Assembly (NCBI GenBank): GCA_964597575.1
Contig: CAZQXB010000001.1
Coordinates: 402,111-466,110, forward strand
Origin: an uncultured Gammaproteobacteria bacterium
Lineage (GTDB): Bacteria; Patescibacteriota; Patescibacteriia; Magasanikbacterales; UBA922
Reading direction: 5' to 3'
DNA length: 64,000 nucleotides
The notes under the pieces are model-generated. The model saw only the letters and a program-made list of their open reading frames with translations, was not told the origin of the DNA and did no database searches. The translations under genes and the position numbers were made by a program. Every line of letters starts with the position of its first letter. Positions within the stretch are counted from its first letter, which is position 1. Positions 37,014 to 46,713 of the stretch are shown here, one piece after another.

Positions 37014-37946
37014 CTACTGCTTGGGCTGGTACGCTTTGCACACGCCCACAGCGTGCCGCTTCTCCGCAGCGGTGAGTGGGTCGAGTTCTCGGCCGACCTT
37101 CTTCATCCAGGCTGCATCCACGATCTTCTCGCAGAGATTGCCGAGAGAGCCATCGGGGAGGGGCTTGGAGGAGAGAACCATGTGGAGGGTGCCATCGCCG
37201 AAGTAGTATCCGGTGTAGAGGACCATGAGGTACATGGTCTCGTCTCTGGAGTATGCGAATCCACCGTTCTTCTCGTGGTCAGCGATCTCGAGAGACAGCC
37301 TGCGTACGAACCCTGCGGCCCCCGCAACCTGGATCTCGACATTTTCGAAGGTCTCGCCGTCCTTCGCGAAAGGGGTACAGTCCGTGCCTGCTTCCCAAAC
37401 AGGGAGAAGGACATCTGCGCAGGTCTTGTCGAGCATCTCGAACAGTCCGTTGCCTCGGATCCATCGAACCCCTCGGGGGTTAGCGGTCGTCCATCCCGCA
37501 TGAGGATCCTCCTTCGAAACGACGCGAGCGAGGATCTCCAGGAACTCAGCACCATGGGGGGTGCAGCCCCCATACTTCCGGTACAGGGCACTGATCTGGG
37601 ACTTGTTGATCCGAGCGCGCGTACTCGTGAGTACGCGACCCTGGAGTTCGTGGTGATCGAGAGGGCATGGCAGCCCGCTCTGGTCGCCGCTGTTGATCGG
37701 GCTGTCCGTGACCAGGTTGACTGCCTCGATGAGGTTGTTCTTCCTGGTCGCGTACGTCGCGATCTCGCGGTTCAGGGTGCTGATCACCATACTCCGGTAT
37801 CGGGCCGTTGTTCCTGTGTCCGTTCCGGAAGCGATGGTCGACAGCGACTCGGTCGCGACGACACCGTTGCCCTGGCATCCGTTCATGAGGATGAACACGC
37901 TGATTGCGATACTGAGAAGGGCTATTACGATTGCAATACGTGCGAT
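37014..37946 (-). CDS. high-GC secreted/lipoprotein-like hypothetical protein
   Basis: GTG start 6 nt after AAAGGAG; signal peptide MIARIAIVIALLSIAISVFILMNGC; own TTGACA-17-TATAGT promoter at about 38054-38026. Confidence 0.4.
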   Translation of the reverse strand: MARIAIVIALLSIAISVFILMNGCQGNGVVATESLSTIASGTDTGTTARYRSMVISTLNREIATYATRKNNLIEAVNLVTDSPINSGDQSGLPCPLDHHELQGRVLTSTRARINKSQISALYRKYGGCTPHGAEFLEILARVVSKEDPHAGWTTANPRGVRWIRGNGLFEMLDKTCADVLLPVWEAGTDCTPFAKDGETFENVEIQVAGAAGFVRRLSLEIADHEKNGGFAYSRDETMYLMVLYTGYYFGDGTLHMVLSSKPLPDGSLGNLCEKIVDAAWMKKVGRELDPLTAAEKRHAVGVCKAYQPKQ

Positions 37947-38104
37947 CACAGCAAACTCCTTTGGTTGTAAGGTGAACCACTCATGCCTCCACATTGGGGC
38001 AGATATGGCTTCTAACTATAGCATATTTTAGCCATTTTGTCAAGAGATGCGAGCCTCGGAATCTCATTGCTTTTTTGCCTGAGTTGAGCTATACTTGATT
38101 CATT

Positions 38105-38920
38105 ATGAATTTGTTTCACGCTATTCTTCTCGGGGTGATCCAGGGGCTCACAGAATTTTTACCTGTATCTTCTTCGGGGCATCTTATTTTTGTACCCCAT
38201 CTATTTGGCTGGGCAGACCAAGGTTTAACCTTTGATCTCACGGTGCATTTGGGAACTCTTCTTGCGGTTATGGGGTATTTCCGCGGTCGTCTTTTAACAA
38301 CGATTCGAACCGCATTTCTTCCAAAAGAGCAGGGTATTAAAGAGCGGCAATTTTTGGCTCTCGTTCTCTTGTCGATTATCCCCGCGGGAATGATCGGATT
38401 CTTTTTTGGAGATACGATTGAGACAGCCTTTCGTTCCCCAAAGTTGGTCGCTTGGAATCTTATTTTTTGGGGTTTGGTGCTCTACGCAGCCGACTGGTAC
38501 CGAACAAAAAAAACAGAAGCGGGTGTTCCCGGAGGAGAGAGTCAGAATATTACAAAACGACAAATGGTTTCTATGGCATTGGCCCAAGCCGTGGCTTTGG
38601 TGCCTGGCACAAGTCGCTCAGGTATTACCATGACTGCCGGAATGTTTGCGGGCTTAAGTAAAAAAGCAGCCACCGAGTTTTCGTTTCTCATGAGTATTCC
38701 GGTGATTGGCTTATCGGCACTTGTGAAATTTGCGGATCTGGCCACAGGAACTGTTTCGAGTGCGCCGACCAGTATGCTTGTTGTGGGTTTTGTGTGCGCG
38801 TTTGTGTCTGGGCTTTTTGCGATTTCTTTTCTCATGCGTTTAATTGAGCGGTGGAGTTTCTTGCCTTTTACCATATACCGCATACTCGTCGGAGTTCTTA
38901 TTTTATTTTTTCTGGCCTAA
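38105..38920 (+). CDS. uppP: undecaprenyl-diphosphate phosphatase
   Basis: GVIQGLTEFLPVSSSGHL signature. Confidence 0.85.
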   Translation: MNLFHAILLGVIQGLTEFLPVSSSGHLIFVPHLFGWADQGLTFDLTVHLGTLLAVMGYFRGRLLTTIRTAFLPKEQGIKERQFLALVLLSIIPAGMIGFFFGDTIETAFRSPKLVAWNLIFWGLVLYAADWYRTKKTEAGVPGGESQNITKRQMVSMALAQAVALVPGTSRSGITMTAGMFAGLSKKAATEFSFLMSIPVIGLSALVKFADLATGTVSSAPTSMLVVGFVCAFVSGLFAISFLMRLIERWSFLPFTIYRILVGVLILFFLA

Positions 38921-38923
38921 GCT

Positions 38924-40366
38924 ATGGATGTGATGCAGGTATTTCGTGATGTTGTGGTTATAGCACAAACCCTCGGGGTGAAGGTGTATGTTGTTGGTGG
39001 TGTGGTGCGAGATGAAATGCTTGGGAATACAGAACGAAAAGATATTGATATGGTGGTGGTTGGAAGTGGGCTTGCCTTTGCCAAAGCATTTGCTGAGCGC
39101 CTTGGGGAAAGTGCCGGAACACTCGTTGAATTTCCCGACTTTGATACGGCCCGGTTCGTGTATACGAAAGAACTTCCAGACGGGGGTAAGGAAGTGCTTT
39201 TGGAATTAGAGTTTGCTGGTGCGCGGAGTGAGTCGTATCGCGAAAGCTCACGAAAGCCAGTTGTAGCTCCAGCGACGCTTGAAGATGATTTGTCACGGCG
39301 CGATTTTACCGTCAATGCCATGGCCCGAGAAATCACCGCTTCAGGTTTAGGAGAAGTTATCGACCCGTTCAATGGCCTTACCCATCTCCGAGAGAAAATA
39401 CTGAAAACTCCACTTGATCCAGATGCCACTTTTTTTGATGATCCACTCCGCATGATGCGCGCGGCTCGGTTTGCGTCTCAGCTCGATTTTGCAATTGCGC
39501 CGGAAGTGCTTGAATCCATGACACGCAATGCCTCACGGTTAGAAATTATTTCAGCGGAAAGAATTCATGAAGAATTGTTTAAACTGTTGGCGACCAAAAA
39601 ACCTTCAATCGGCCTAACCCTTCTCTACGGTACGAAACTTTTTGACGTGTTTTTTCCCGAAGTACCCGCCTTGGCCGGAGTAGAGGAGGCGAATGGATAT
39701 TCGCATAAAGATAATTTGTCGCATACGTTTGCGGTAGTCGATAATGTGGCAGAATTTTCACCAAAGACATTGCTTCGCTATACCGCGCTCATGCATGACA
39801 TTGCCAAACCCGATACGAAAAAATTTCAGCGAGGTCGCGGGTGGACATTCGATATGCACGAACATGTCGGTAAAAAAATGGCTCGCGATATTAATCGTCG
39901 ACTTCGTTTGTCGACAGACGACAGTAAGTATGTCTGCAAATTGGTGCGCTGGCATTTGCAACCGATTGCTTTAATGGATGATGGAATTACCGATAGCGCG
40001 GTGCGCCGTTTGGTCGTTAATTTAGGTGATGATCTCGACGACCTCATGAAGCTCTGTCGGAGTGACATTACGACGGGAAATCAGAAAAAGAAGGAGCGAA
40101 GATTAAGAAATTATGATGAATTGGAGCGGCGCATAAAAGAACTTTTGGAAAAAGATAAGCTCCGTGCGTTTCAATCTCCGGTTCGCGGAGAAGAAATTAT
40201 GACGCTCCTTAACCTGAAAGCCGGCCCAACGATTGGAAAAATAAAAAAGGAAATCGAGCGTGCAATTTTGGACGGCGAGATTCCGAATGAATACGAACCC
40301 GCCAAGGTCTACCTTCTTAAGATAAAGGATGCTTTTCTAAAAGAGGTTCACGCATGGGAACAGTAG
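38924..40366 (+). CDS. cca: CCA-adding enzyme / poly(A) polymerase family nucleotidyltransferase with HD domain
   Basis: VYVVGGVVRDEMLG and RRDFTVNAMA motifs of PolA-head nucleotidyltransferases; C-terminal HD region. Confidence 0.75.
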   Translation: MDVMQVFRDVVVIAQTLGVKVYVVGGVVRDEMLGNTERKDIDMVVVGSGLAFAKAFAERLGESAGTLVEFPDFDTARFVYTKELPDGGKEVLLELEFAGARSESYRESSRKPVVAPATLEDDLSRRDFTVNAMAREITASGLGEVIDPFNGLTHLREKILKTPLDPDATFFDDPLRMMRAARFASQLDFAIAPEVLESMTRNASRLEIISAERIHEELFKLLATKKPSIGLTLLYGTKLFDVFFPEVPALAGVEEANGYSHKDNLSHTFAVVDNVAEFSPKTLLRYTALMHDIAKPDTKKFQRGRGWTFDMHEHVGKKMARDINRRLRLSTDDSKYVCKLVRWHLQPIALMDDGITDSAVRRLVVNLGDDLDDLMKLCRSDITTGNQKKKERRLRNYDELERRIKELLEKDKLRAFQSPVRGEEIMTLLNLKAGPTIGKIKKEIERAILDGEIPNEYEPAKVYLLKIKDAFLKEVHAWEQ

Positions 40367-40378
40367 TATTTTTCGCAG

Positions 40379-41122
40379 TTGTGGCGTATACTTATAGTAA
40401 TATATTCCGGTATGATCATGGACCTTTGGCAAGAATATCTCTATAAACCCGTATTTAATGGGCTTATTTGGATTTATAACAATTGGACAGATCTCAATTT
40501 TGGTTGGGCAGTCGTTTACATGACCATCATTCTTCGTGTTGCGCTCTTGCCGCTCACACTTGTGTCGGAAAGAGATCATGTGAGGAATATGGAGCTTGCC
40601 AAAGAAATTGAAGGGCTCGAGAAGCAATTCCATAATGATCCGATTCAGAAAAAACAAGAAATCCGCCGTATCATGAAGCGCCGTAAGGTGCATCCTTGGG
40701 CGAAAATTTTGGTATTGGGGATTCAGGCGGTTGTTTTAGTCCTTCTTTACCAAGTATTTTTGCGGGGCATTACCGGGGAAAAAGTTTTGCGCATTTTGTA
40801 CCCCTCCGTCGAATTTCCGGGTGCAATTAATACGCTTTTCTTTGGGTTTGAGCTTGGGGAACGTTACGGTCTTTTGTGGCCGGGGTTGGTTGCCTTATTT
40901 TTGTTTGTCGAGGTTTACCGCGATTTTCGAAGGAAGAAAAACGGGTTAGGCCGTGCCGATCTCACATACTTTCTTCTCTTTCCAACCTTTGTTTTCGTTC
41001 TCTTGTGGATGCTCCCAATGGTAAAATCGCTCTTCGTCCTCTCTTCATTGGTCTGTTCTCTTGTTATCTCTGGGGTAAGCCAGGCGCTCTTCCGTACCCT
41101 GAAAAAGTCGACCAAGGGTTGA
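40379..41122 (+). CDS. yidC: membrane protein insertase YidC/Oxa1 family (short form)
   Basis: LPLTL...ELAKEIEGLEKQFHNDPIQKKQEIRRIMKRRKVHPW matches the conserved YidC C-terminal core pattern. Confidence 0.55.
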   Translation: MWRILIVIYSGMIMDLWQEYLYKPVFNGLIWIYNNWTDLNFGWAVVYMTIILRVALLPLTLVSERDHVRNMELAKEIEGLEKQFHNDPIQKKQEIRRIMKRRKVHPWAKILVLGIQAVVLVLLYQVFLRGITGEKVLRILYPSVEFPGAINTLFFGFELGERYGLLWPGLVALFLFVEVYRDFRRKKNGLGRADLTYFLLFPTFVFVLLWMLPMVKSLFVLSSLVCSLVISGVSQALFRTLKKSTKG

Positions 41123-41168
41123 TTTTCCGTAGCTTTTGTGCTACACTAGGGGCATACCATTTTTACCT

Positions 41169-41762
41169 ATGAGTAGCGATTCGCTCGATAAATTAATGTA
41201 CTCCTTCGTGATGGAGGATGTACTGAAGGGGTTTTTCATTAATGTTCCGCCAGGGTATGTAGCCTGTGTCTACGATCTTGGCCGGGGAGTGTTAAAAAAA
41301 GTACTGACCCCAGGAATTCACTTCAAAATTCCGTTCTGGCAAAAGGCAAAATTGTTCAATACACAAACGCTTGAATACAGTATCTCAAGAGAGTTTAACG
41401 CCGCGAATGAACGGGCGCTCGGAGATATTCCTATTGCTGCGGTAACGAAAGATGAAAAGCGTATTGGAGTTGAGGGAACGATTTTACTTCGTTTAGACAT
41501 CCATCAGATTCCTGCCATTTGGCAGACGATCGGCGAAGACTTTGTTGCTAAAATTATCCGCCCGAGTGTACGTAGTCGTATTCGTATGGTGGCAAGCCGA
41601 TACGACGTCGCTGACATTGTGGGCCCAATGCGTGATACGGTTGAAGCAGATCTGAAAAATGAATTAGAACGCATCTTCTACGCTCGTGGAATTTTCGTAG
41701 AAAATGTCCTTCTCTCAGAGATTGCGAACGTCTCAGATTTCTCAAGGGCTGCAAAAGAGTAA
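41169..41762 (+). CDS. SPFH/band-7 domain protein
   Basis: YVACVYDLGRGVLKKVLTPGIHFKIPFWQKAK...core typical of prohibitin/HflC-like SPFH. Confidence 0.55.
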   Translation: MSSDSLDKLMYSFVMEDVLKGFFINVPPGYVACVYDLGRGVLKKVLTPGIHFKIPFWQKAKLFNTQTLEYSISREFNAANERALGDIPIAAVTKDEKRIGVEGTILLRLDIHQIPAIWQTIGEDFVAKIIRPSVRSRIRMVASRYDVADIVGPMRDTVEADLKNELERIFYARGIFVENVLLSEIANVSDFSRAAKE

Positions 41763-41774
41763 AAGAATTGCATA

Positions 41775-41814
41775 AAAAAGAAAGAACACTGAACAAGTGT
41801 TCTTTCTTTTTTAT
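41775..41814 (+). terminator. intrinsic terminator (AGAAAGAACACT-gaac-AAGTGTTCTTTCT + T6)
   Basis: Perfect 12-bp hairpin. Confidence 0.65.
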
Positions 41815-41862
41815 TGACACAGAATACGATTGTGCCCTATTCTTCCCCTGAAAGGGGGCTAC

Positions 41863-42246
41863 ATGGCTAAAAAGACACCTGCGAAAAAGCAAAAAACCGT
41901 GGCCAAGAAAAACCCGAAAAAGAAGGCTAAGGCGGTTCGGTACTACTGTGCTGCCTGCGAGTCGAAGGGCGATCCTACGGTCTGGAAGGATCATGACCCT
42001 AAAGCATGTCCGCGATGCGGCGAAGACGGTGACATCTTCCGCGACGAGCTCTTCGAGTGCAACATTTGCGAGGAGACGTGCCCTGAGGCCGAACAAGATG
42101 ATGCCAAGGTCGGCGACCCGTGTAGCATGTGTGCCGTTGATGTGAAGAGTGGAGTAAGAACTCCGGCCAATGCCGGGGCGTGGAAAACGAGGAAGCCGCG
42201 CAAGATCAACTGGTCTCCGAAAGTGCCGGTAGCCAAAAAGAAGTGA
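41863..42246 (+). CDS. high-GC lysine-rich double Zn-ribbon protein (hypothetical nucleic-acid binding)
   Basis: CAAC...CPRC and CNIC...CSMC pairs; K-rich termini; AAGGGGG RBS; about 60% GC. Confidence 0.4.
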   Translation: MAKKTPAKKQKTVAKKNPKKKAKAVRYYCAACESKGDPTVWKDHDPKACPRCGEDGDIFRDELFECNICEETCPEAEQDDAKVGDPCSMCAVDVKSGVRTPANAGAWKTRKPRKINWSPKVPVAKKK

Positions 42247-42270
42247 GGGATGGAAGTCAGGAGGGGGCGC

Positions 42271-42330
42271 GTCCGACGTTCTTCGGACACTACAAAAACA
42301 GCTTTTCCGAGTAAGGCTGTTTTTGTTTTC
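42271..42330 (+). terminator. 3' module: hairpin GTCCGA..TCGGAC followed by terminator AAAACAGC..GCTGTTTTTG
   Basis: Same architecture and near-identical terminator sequence as 28886-28951. Confidence 0.55.
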
Positions 42331-42370
42331 ATGGGCAATTTTATACGTAACCATTGTGGATAGGCAGTAT

Positions 42371-42424
42371 TTGACACCTTAAAACGACGGTGGTATCTTA
42401 TCACTCAAGATATATGAGTGCTAA
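42371..42424 (+). promoter_or_regulatory. hrcA promoter (TTGACA-17-TATCTT) with CIRCE operator TTATCACTC-N9-GAGTGCTAA overlapping the start codon
   Basis: CIRCE consensus TTAGCACTC-N9-GAGTGCTAA matched with one mismatch. Confidence 0.75.
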
Positions 42425-43094
42425 TTTCGCAGAACGACAAAAGGCATTACTCAAAGCCATCATAGAATCATACATTGCGACCGCCGAACCAGTGGGGTCG
42501 AAATTTTTGGTGGACGAGGGAGGCTTTGGGGTAAGTGGGGCAACGCTTAGAAACGAGATGCGGGAACTCGAAGAGTTGGGGTACCTTACGCATCCGCATA
42601 CTTCTGCGGGGCGTATTCCCACAGAAGCGGGGTACCGGGTATACGTGCAGGAACTCATGACTCCAGAAACACCGAATAAAAAAGCGCAAACTTCCTTACA
42701 TGAAGTGCTCGGAAATGAAACGGGAGTAGAGCGAGCAAAGCAGTTAGCAAAATTTGTTTCTGCCTACACTGGTGCTGCAGTCATTATGGCGCATAATCCA
42801 CATTCGCTTTATTACACCGGCCTTTCCAATTTATTTGCTCAACCAGAATTGATGCATCAGGCGGAAGCCTTGAACATGTCAACCATGTTTGACCAGTGTG
42901 AAGAGCGGATTACTCTTTTGTACGGACTCGTAAAAAATCCAGTACATACTTTTGTTGGGCGAGAGAATCCCCTTGGGGTAGTATGCGGAACCGTGGCATG
43001 CCGTATTGGCCCCGGGCTTATGGCAGTGGTTGGCCCTATGCGCATGAATTATGCAAAAATTATTGGGTTAAGCACGTACCTTGTTCGTTCGTAA
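42414..43094 (+). CDS. hrcA: heat-inducible transcription repressor HrcA (short, 226 aa)
   Basis: N-terminal wHTH RQKALLKAIIESYIATAEPVGSKFL typical of HrcA. Confidence 0.65.
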   Translation: MSANFAERQKALLKAIIESYIATAEPVGSKFLVDEGGFGVSGATLRNEMRELEELGYLTHPHTSAGRIPTEAGYRVYVQELMTPETPNKKAQTSLHEVLGNETGVERAKQLAKFVSAYTGAAVIMAHNPHSLYYTGLSNLFAQPELMHQAEALNMSTMFDQCEERITLLYGLVKNPVHTFVGRENPLGVVCGTVACRIGPGLMAVVGPMRMNYAKIIGLSTYLVRS

Positions 43095-43105
43095 ACTATT
43101 TTCTT

Positions 43106-43648
43106 ATGTCGTCTCATCAATCACAATCTGATATGAACCAAAATAATGATGAAATCGTAAAAGAAGAAATGGAGGAGAGCACAGAGCAGTCGAAACAGCC
43201 GCCCCGTGAAGAATATAAAGATTCGTATTTGCGAGCCGTAGCTGATTACCAAAATTTACAAAAAGAAATGCAAAGTCAGCGCAGTGAATGGGCGCGCATG
43301 AGTGAAGCGCAAGTGATTGAAGAATTTTTACCAGTCTACGATAATTTTAAAAAAGCGTTTGCTCATAAACCTGCAAATACTGAAGATAAACAGTGGCAGA
43401 ACTGGGCTGTGGGAATCGGGTTCATTATGCAGCAGTTTGGAAGTATTCTGAAAGCCCATGATATTGAAGAAATGCCGACGGTGGGTCAGATGTTTGATCC
43501 GACAAAGCACGATACGGTTGGAGAAGAGGTTTCATCTGATAAACCACCAGGAACCATTCTCAAAGAAGTGGATGGCGGCTACCTCCTCAAAGGAAAAGTA
43601 ATGAAGGTGGCAAAAGTCATTGTGAGTGCCGCTGAAACTCAATCATAA
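43106..43648 (+). CDS. grpE: nucleotide exchange factor GrpE
   Basis: YLRAVADYQNLQKEMQ coiled-coil and C-terminal beta domain. Confidence 0.8.
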   Translation: MSSHQSQSDMNQNNDEIVKEEMEESTEQSKQPPREEYKDSYLRAVADYQNLQKEMQSQRSEWARMSEAQVIEEFLPVYDNFKKAFAHKPANTEDKQWQNWAVGIGFIMQQFGSILKAHDIEEMPTVGQMFDPTKHDTVGEEVSSDKPPGTILKEVDGGYLLKGKVMKVAKVIVSAAETQS

Positions 43649-43674
43649 ATTTCTTTATTCATAAAGAAAATGAT

Positions 43675-44121
43675 ATGTCACTCGTACGTTGGAATCCCGC
43701 TTTCGATCCATTCTCAGATATGGATGAAGTATTTAACCGCTTGCCGGTTGCAGCAAACTTTCGTGGAGTAGGGAGCGCATTTGTGCCAGCTCTCGATGTC
43801 TACGAAGATAAAGAGAATGTGGTCGTAGAAACTCCGCTTGCCGGAATTGACCCAAAGCAAGTCGAGGTGAGTGTAGAAAAAGGAGTACTGACCATCTCTG
43901 GTTCAACGCAAAAAGAACACGAAGTAGAAGAAAAAAATTATTATCGTAAAGAGGTACGCAGTGGTTCATTCTATCGCCAAGTGCCGCTCCCTGTCGGAGT
44001 GCAGGAAAGTAACGTAGTGGCCGAATTTGAAAATGGAATCCTCAGAATCACGTGCCCAAAAGCCAAAGGTGATCCTGTGAAAAAAATTGATGTGAAAGTT
44101 ATTAAGAAGGATAAGAAATAA
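43675..44121 (+). CDS. Hsp20/alpha-crystallin small heat-shock protein
   Basis: Alpha-crystallin domain with GILTI/AEFENGILRITCPK motif. Confidence 0.85.
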   Translation: MSLVRWNPAFDPFSDMDEVFNRLPVAANFRGVGSAFVPALDVYEDKENVVVETPLAGIDPKQVEVSVEKGVLTISGSTQKEHEVEEKNYYRKEVRSGSFYRQVPLPVGVQESNVVAEFENGILRITCPKAKGDPVKKIDVKVIKKDKK

Positions 44122-44133
44122 ACTTTTCTCTAT

Positions 44134-46053
44134 ATGCCAAAAATTCTTGGAATCGATCTCGGAACAACAAACTCATGTGTAGCCATCGTCGAAGGTGGTC
44201 AGCCAAAGGTACTCGAAAATAAAGAAGGGTTTCGTACCACTCCTTCTGTTATTGCTTTGTCAAAAACAGGGGAACGTTTGGTAGGGCAACTTGCAAAACG
44301 CCAAGCGGTCACCAACCCAAAGAATACACTCTATTCTATTAAGCGTCTCATTGGTCGTAACCCGGGAGATAAAGAAGTGGATTTGGTGAAACAACACGCT
44401 CCGTATGAAGTCGTTGTTGAGGGTGGTCATGTGAAAGTAAAAATGGGAGATAAGGCCTACACTCCGCCAGAAATTTCAGCGATGGTCCTTCAAAAAATTA
44501 AAGCCGACGCAGAAGAAAAATTAGGTGAAAAAATTACTCAGGCGGTTATTACGGTGCCAGCATATTTTGACGACTCACAGCGCCAAGCAACCAAACATGC
44601 CGGTGAAATTGCTGGCCTTGAGGTGCTTCGTATTATTAACGAACCTACGGCCGCGGCCTTTGCGTACGGCTTCGACAAAAAGAACGATCAGAAAATTGTG
44701 GTCTACGATTTGGGAGGTGGTACATTCGATGTGTCAGTCCTTGAAATTTCTCATGATGCTGAGACCAGCCAGTCAACCGTTGAGGTGAAAGCGACGAATG
44801 GGGATACGCACCTTGGTGGAGACGACTTTGATAAAAAAATTATTGAGTGGATTTTAGAAGAATTTAAACGCACCGAAGGGGTTGATTTGTCGAAAGATCC
44901 GCTTTCTCTTCAGCGTGTCAAAGATGCTGCAGAAAAAGCGAAGATTGAGCTTTCTTCAACACCAGAGGTAGAAGTGAATGAACCGTTTATCACTTCAACT
45001 GCCGACGGTCCAAAACATTTGAACCTCCGCTTATCACGCGCACGTTTAGAAGAACTCGTGATGGACTTGGTTGAAAAAACCATGGGTCCGGTAAAACAAG
45101 CCCTGACTGATTCTGGGTATAGCAAGGGCGATATTCACGAAATTGTGATGGTTGGTGGTATGACTCGCATGCCACTCGTTGTGAAAAAGGTGGAAGAATT
45201 CTTTGGGAAAAAACCCAATAGCAGTGTGAACCCCGATGAAGTGGTGGCTGTGGGTGCTGCTATTCAGGCGGGCCAGCTTCAGGGAGATCTTGGAAAAGAA
45301 ATTCTTCTCCTTGATGTTACCCCACTTTCTTTGGGAATCGAAACCATGGGTGGTGTTATGACCAAACTCATTGAAAAAAATACCACTATCCCAACGTCGA
45401 AATCTCAAGTCTTCTCAACCGCTGCTGACAATCAGCCAAGTGTACAAATCGTTGTGCTTCAGGGTGAGCGCCCAATGGCTCGCGACAATAAGAACCTCGG
45501 TACCTTCATGCTCGATGGAATTCCTCCTGCTCCTCGCGGTGTGCCGCAGGTTGAGGTAAAATTTGATATCGACGCAAACGGTATTTTGCATGTGTCAGCG
45601 AAAGACAAGGCTACCGGCAAAGAACAATCGATTCGAATTGAAGCCTCAAGTGGCTTATCAAAAGAAGAAATTGAACGCATGAAAAAGGATGCTGATGCTC
45701 ATGCTGAAGAAGACAAAAAGCATCGTGAACTGATTGAAACACGCAATATTGCTGATTCTCTTGTGTATACGACAGAAAAGATGATGAAAGATGTAGAAGA
45801 GAAAAAGATTGCGGTAACCGATGAGGAAAAGAAAAAGGTAGAGGAAACTTTGGCAAAATTAAAAGAAGTAAAAGATACGGAAGATATTGAAGCGATTAAA
45901 AAAGCAGGTGACGAATTGTCGACCGCGGCTCAGGTGATTGGTACAAAGATGTACCAAGCCGAGCAAGCGAAGGGAACTCCACCAGCGGGAGAAGAACCGA
46001 AAAAAGATGACAATGGGCCAGTAGAGGGAGAGGTCGTCGACGATAAGAAATAA
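44134..46053 (+). CDS. dnaK: molecular chaperone DnaK (Hsp70)
   Basis: [28 protein letters not shown] tail. Confidence 0.95.
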   Translation: MPKILGIDLGTTNSCVAIVEGGQPKVLENKEGFRTTPSVIALSKTGERLVGQLAKRQAVTNPKNTLYSIKRLIGRNPGDKEVDLVKQHAPYEVVVEGGHVKVKMGDKAYTPPEISAMVLQKIKADAEEKLGEKITQAVITVPAYFDDSQRQATKHAGEIAGLEVLRIINEPTAAAFAYGFDKKNDQKIVVYDLGGGTFDVSVLEISHDAETSQSTVEVKATNGDTHLGGDDFDKKIIEWILEEFKRTEGVDLSKDPLSLQRVKDAAEKAKIELSSTPEVEVNEPFITSTADGPKHLNLRLSRARLEELVMDLVEKTMGPVKQALTDSGYSKGDIHEIVMVGGMTRMPLVVKKVEEFFGKKPNSSVNPDEVVAVGAAIQAGQLQGDLGKEILLLDVTPLSLGIETMGGVMTKLIEKNTTIPTSKSQVFSTAADNQPSVQIVVLQGERPMARDNKNLGTFMLDGIPPAPRGVPQVEVKFDIDANGILHVSAKDKATGKEQSIRIEASSGLSKEEIERMKKDADAHAEEDKKHRELIETRNIADSLVYTTEKMMKDVEEKKIAVTDEEKKKVEETLAKLKEVKDTEDIEAIKKAGDELSTAAQVIGTKMYQAEQAKGTPPAGEEPKKDDNGPVEGEVVDDKK

Positions 46054-46107
46054 ACCGTGTAGACTAGTGATACCTGCGGCAATCGCCGCAGGTTATCCTA
46101 TATCTGT

Positions 46108-46707
46108 ATGATGACGCTCCGCCGTGCTTTCCTTCTCATATCTGCCGTCGTTCTCCTTGGGTTAGGGGTTTGGCTTGGGCTTACGATAAACAAGAAAAAC
46201 ACCCCAAGTGAATCCACGATAACTTCAAACACCGTGGTAACCGCCCTTCAAAAAGAAGGATTTCTGGTAACTCAAGGGTATCTCACCAATGAACGAGTGA
46301 TGATTGGTCGCTCAACTGGAAACCCATTTAAGGATTTCTTTTTTGGGCAAACCATTGAGGCACTTGGTATGGTACGAGTTTCTTCCGGAGTGGACCTTAA
46401 AAAAGTAACCAGCACCGATGTGCTTGTGGAAGAAGAAAAAATTACGGTTACCCTTCCGCCTATTGAAACGTACGGTGCAGAAGTGATGGGGGATATTACG
46501 GTCGTAAATAAGGAAGGTGTGGTGAAGCGCGTGATTGATCATGATGACGGGTATAATGTGGCAGCGAATGAGCTCCGCCTCGTTGCCCTTCGTTCTGCTA
46601 CGAAGCCAGAGGTGCGAGAGCAGGCAGAAAAAACAACGCAAGATTTAATTCAGACGCTCGTTGAAAGTGTGTCGGGTGATCGGGAAGTGATTGTTCAATT
46701 TCGGTAA
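46108..46707 (+). CDS. hypothetical membrane-anchored protein (DUF4230-like) inside the dnaK-dnaJ operon
   Basis: N-terminal TM; position between dnaK and dnaJ. Confidence 0.35.
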   Translation: MMTLRRAFLLISAVVLLGLGVWLGLTINKKNTPSESTITSNTVVTALQKEGFLVTQGYLTNERVMIGRSTGNPFKDFFFGQTIEALGMVRVSSGVDLKKVTSTDVLVEEEKITVTLPPIETYGAEVMGDITVVNKEGVVKRVIDHDDGYNVAANELRLVALRSATKPEVREQAEKTTQDLIQTLVESVSGDREVIVQFR

Positions 46708-46713
46708 TACCTT

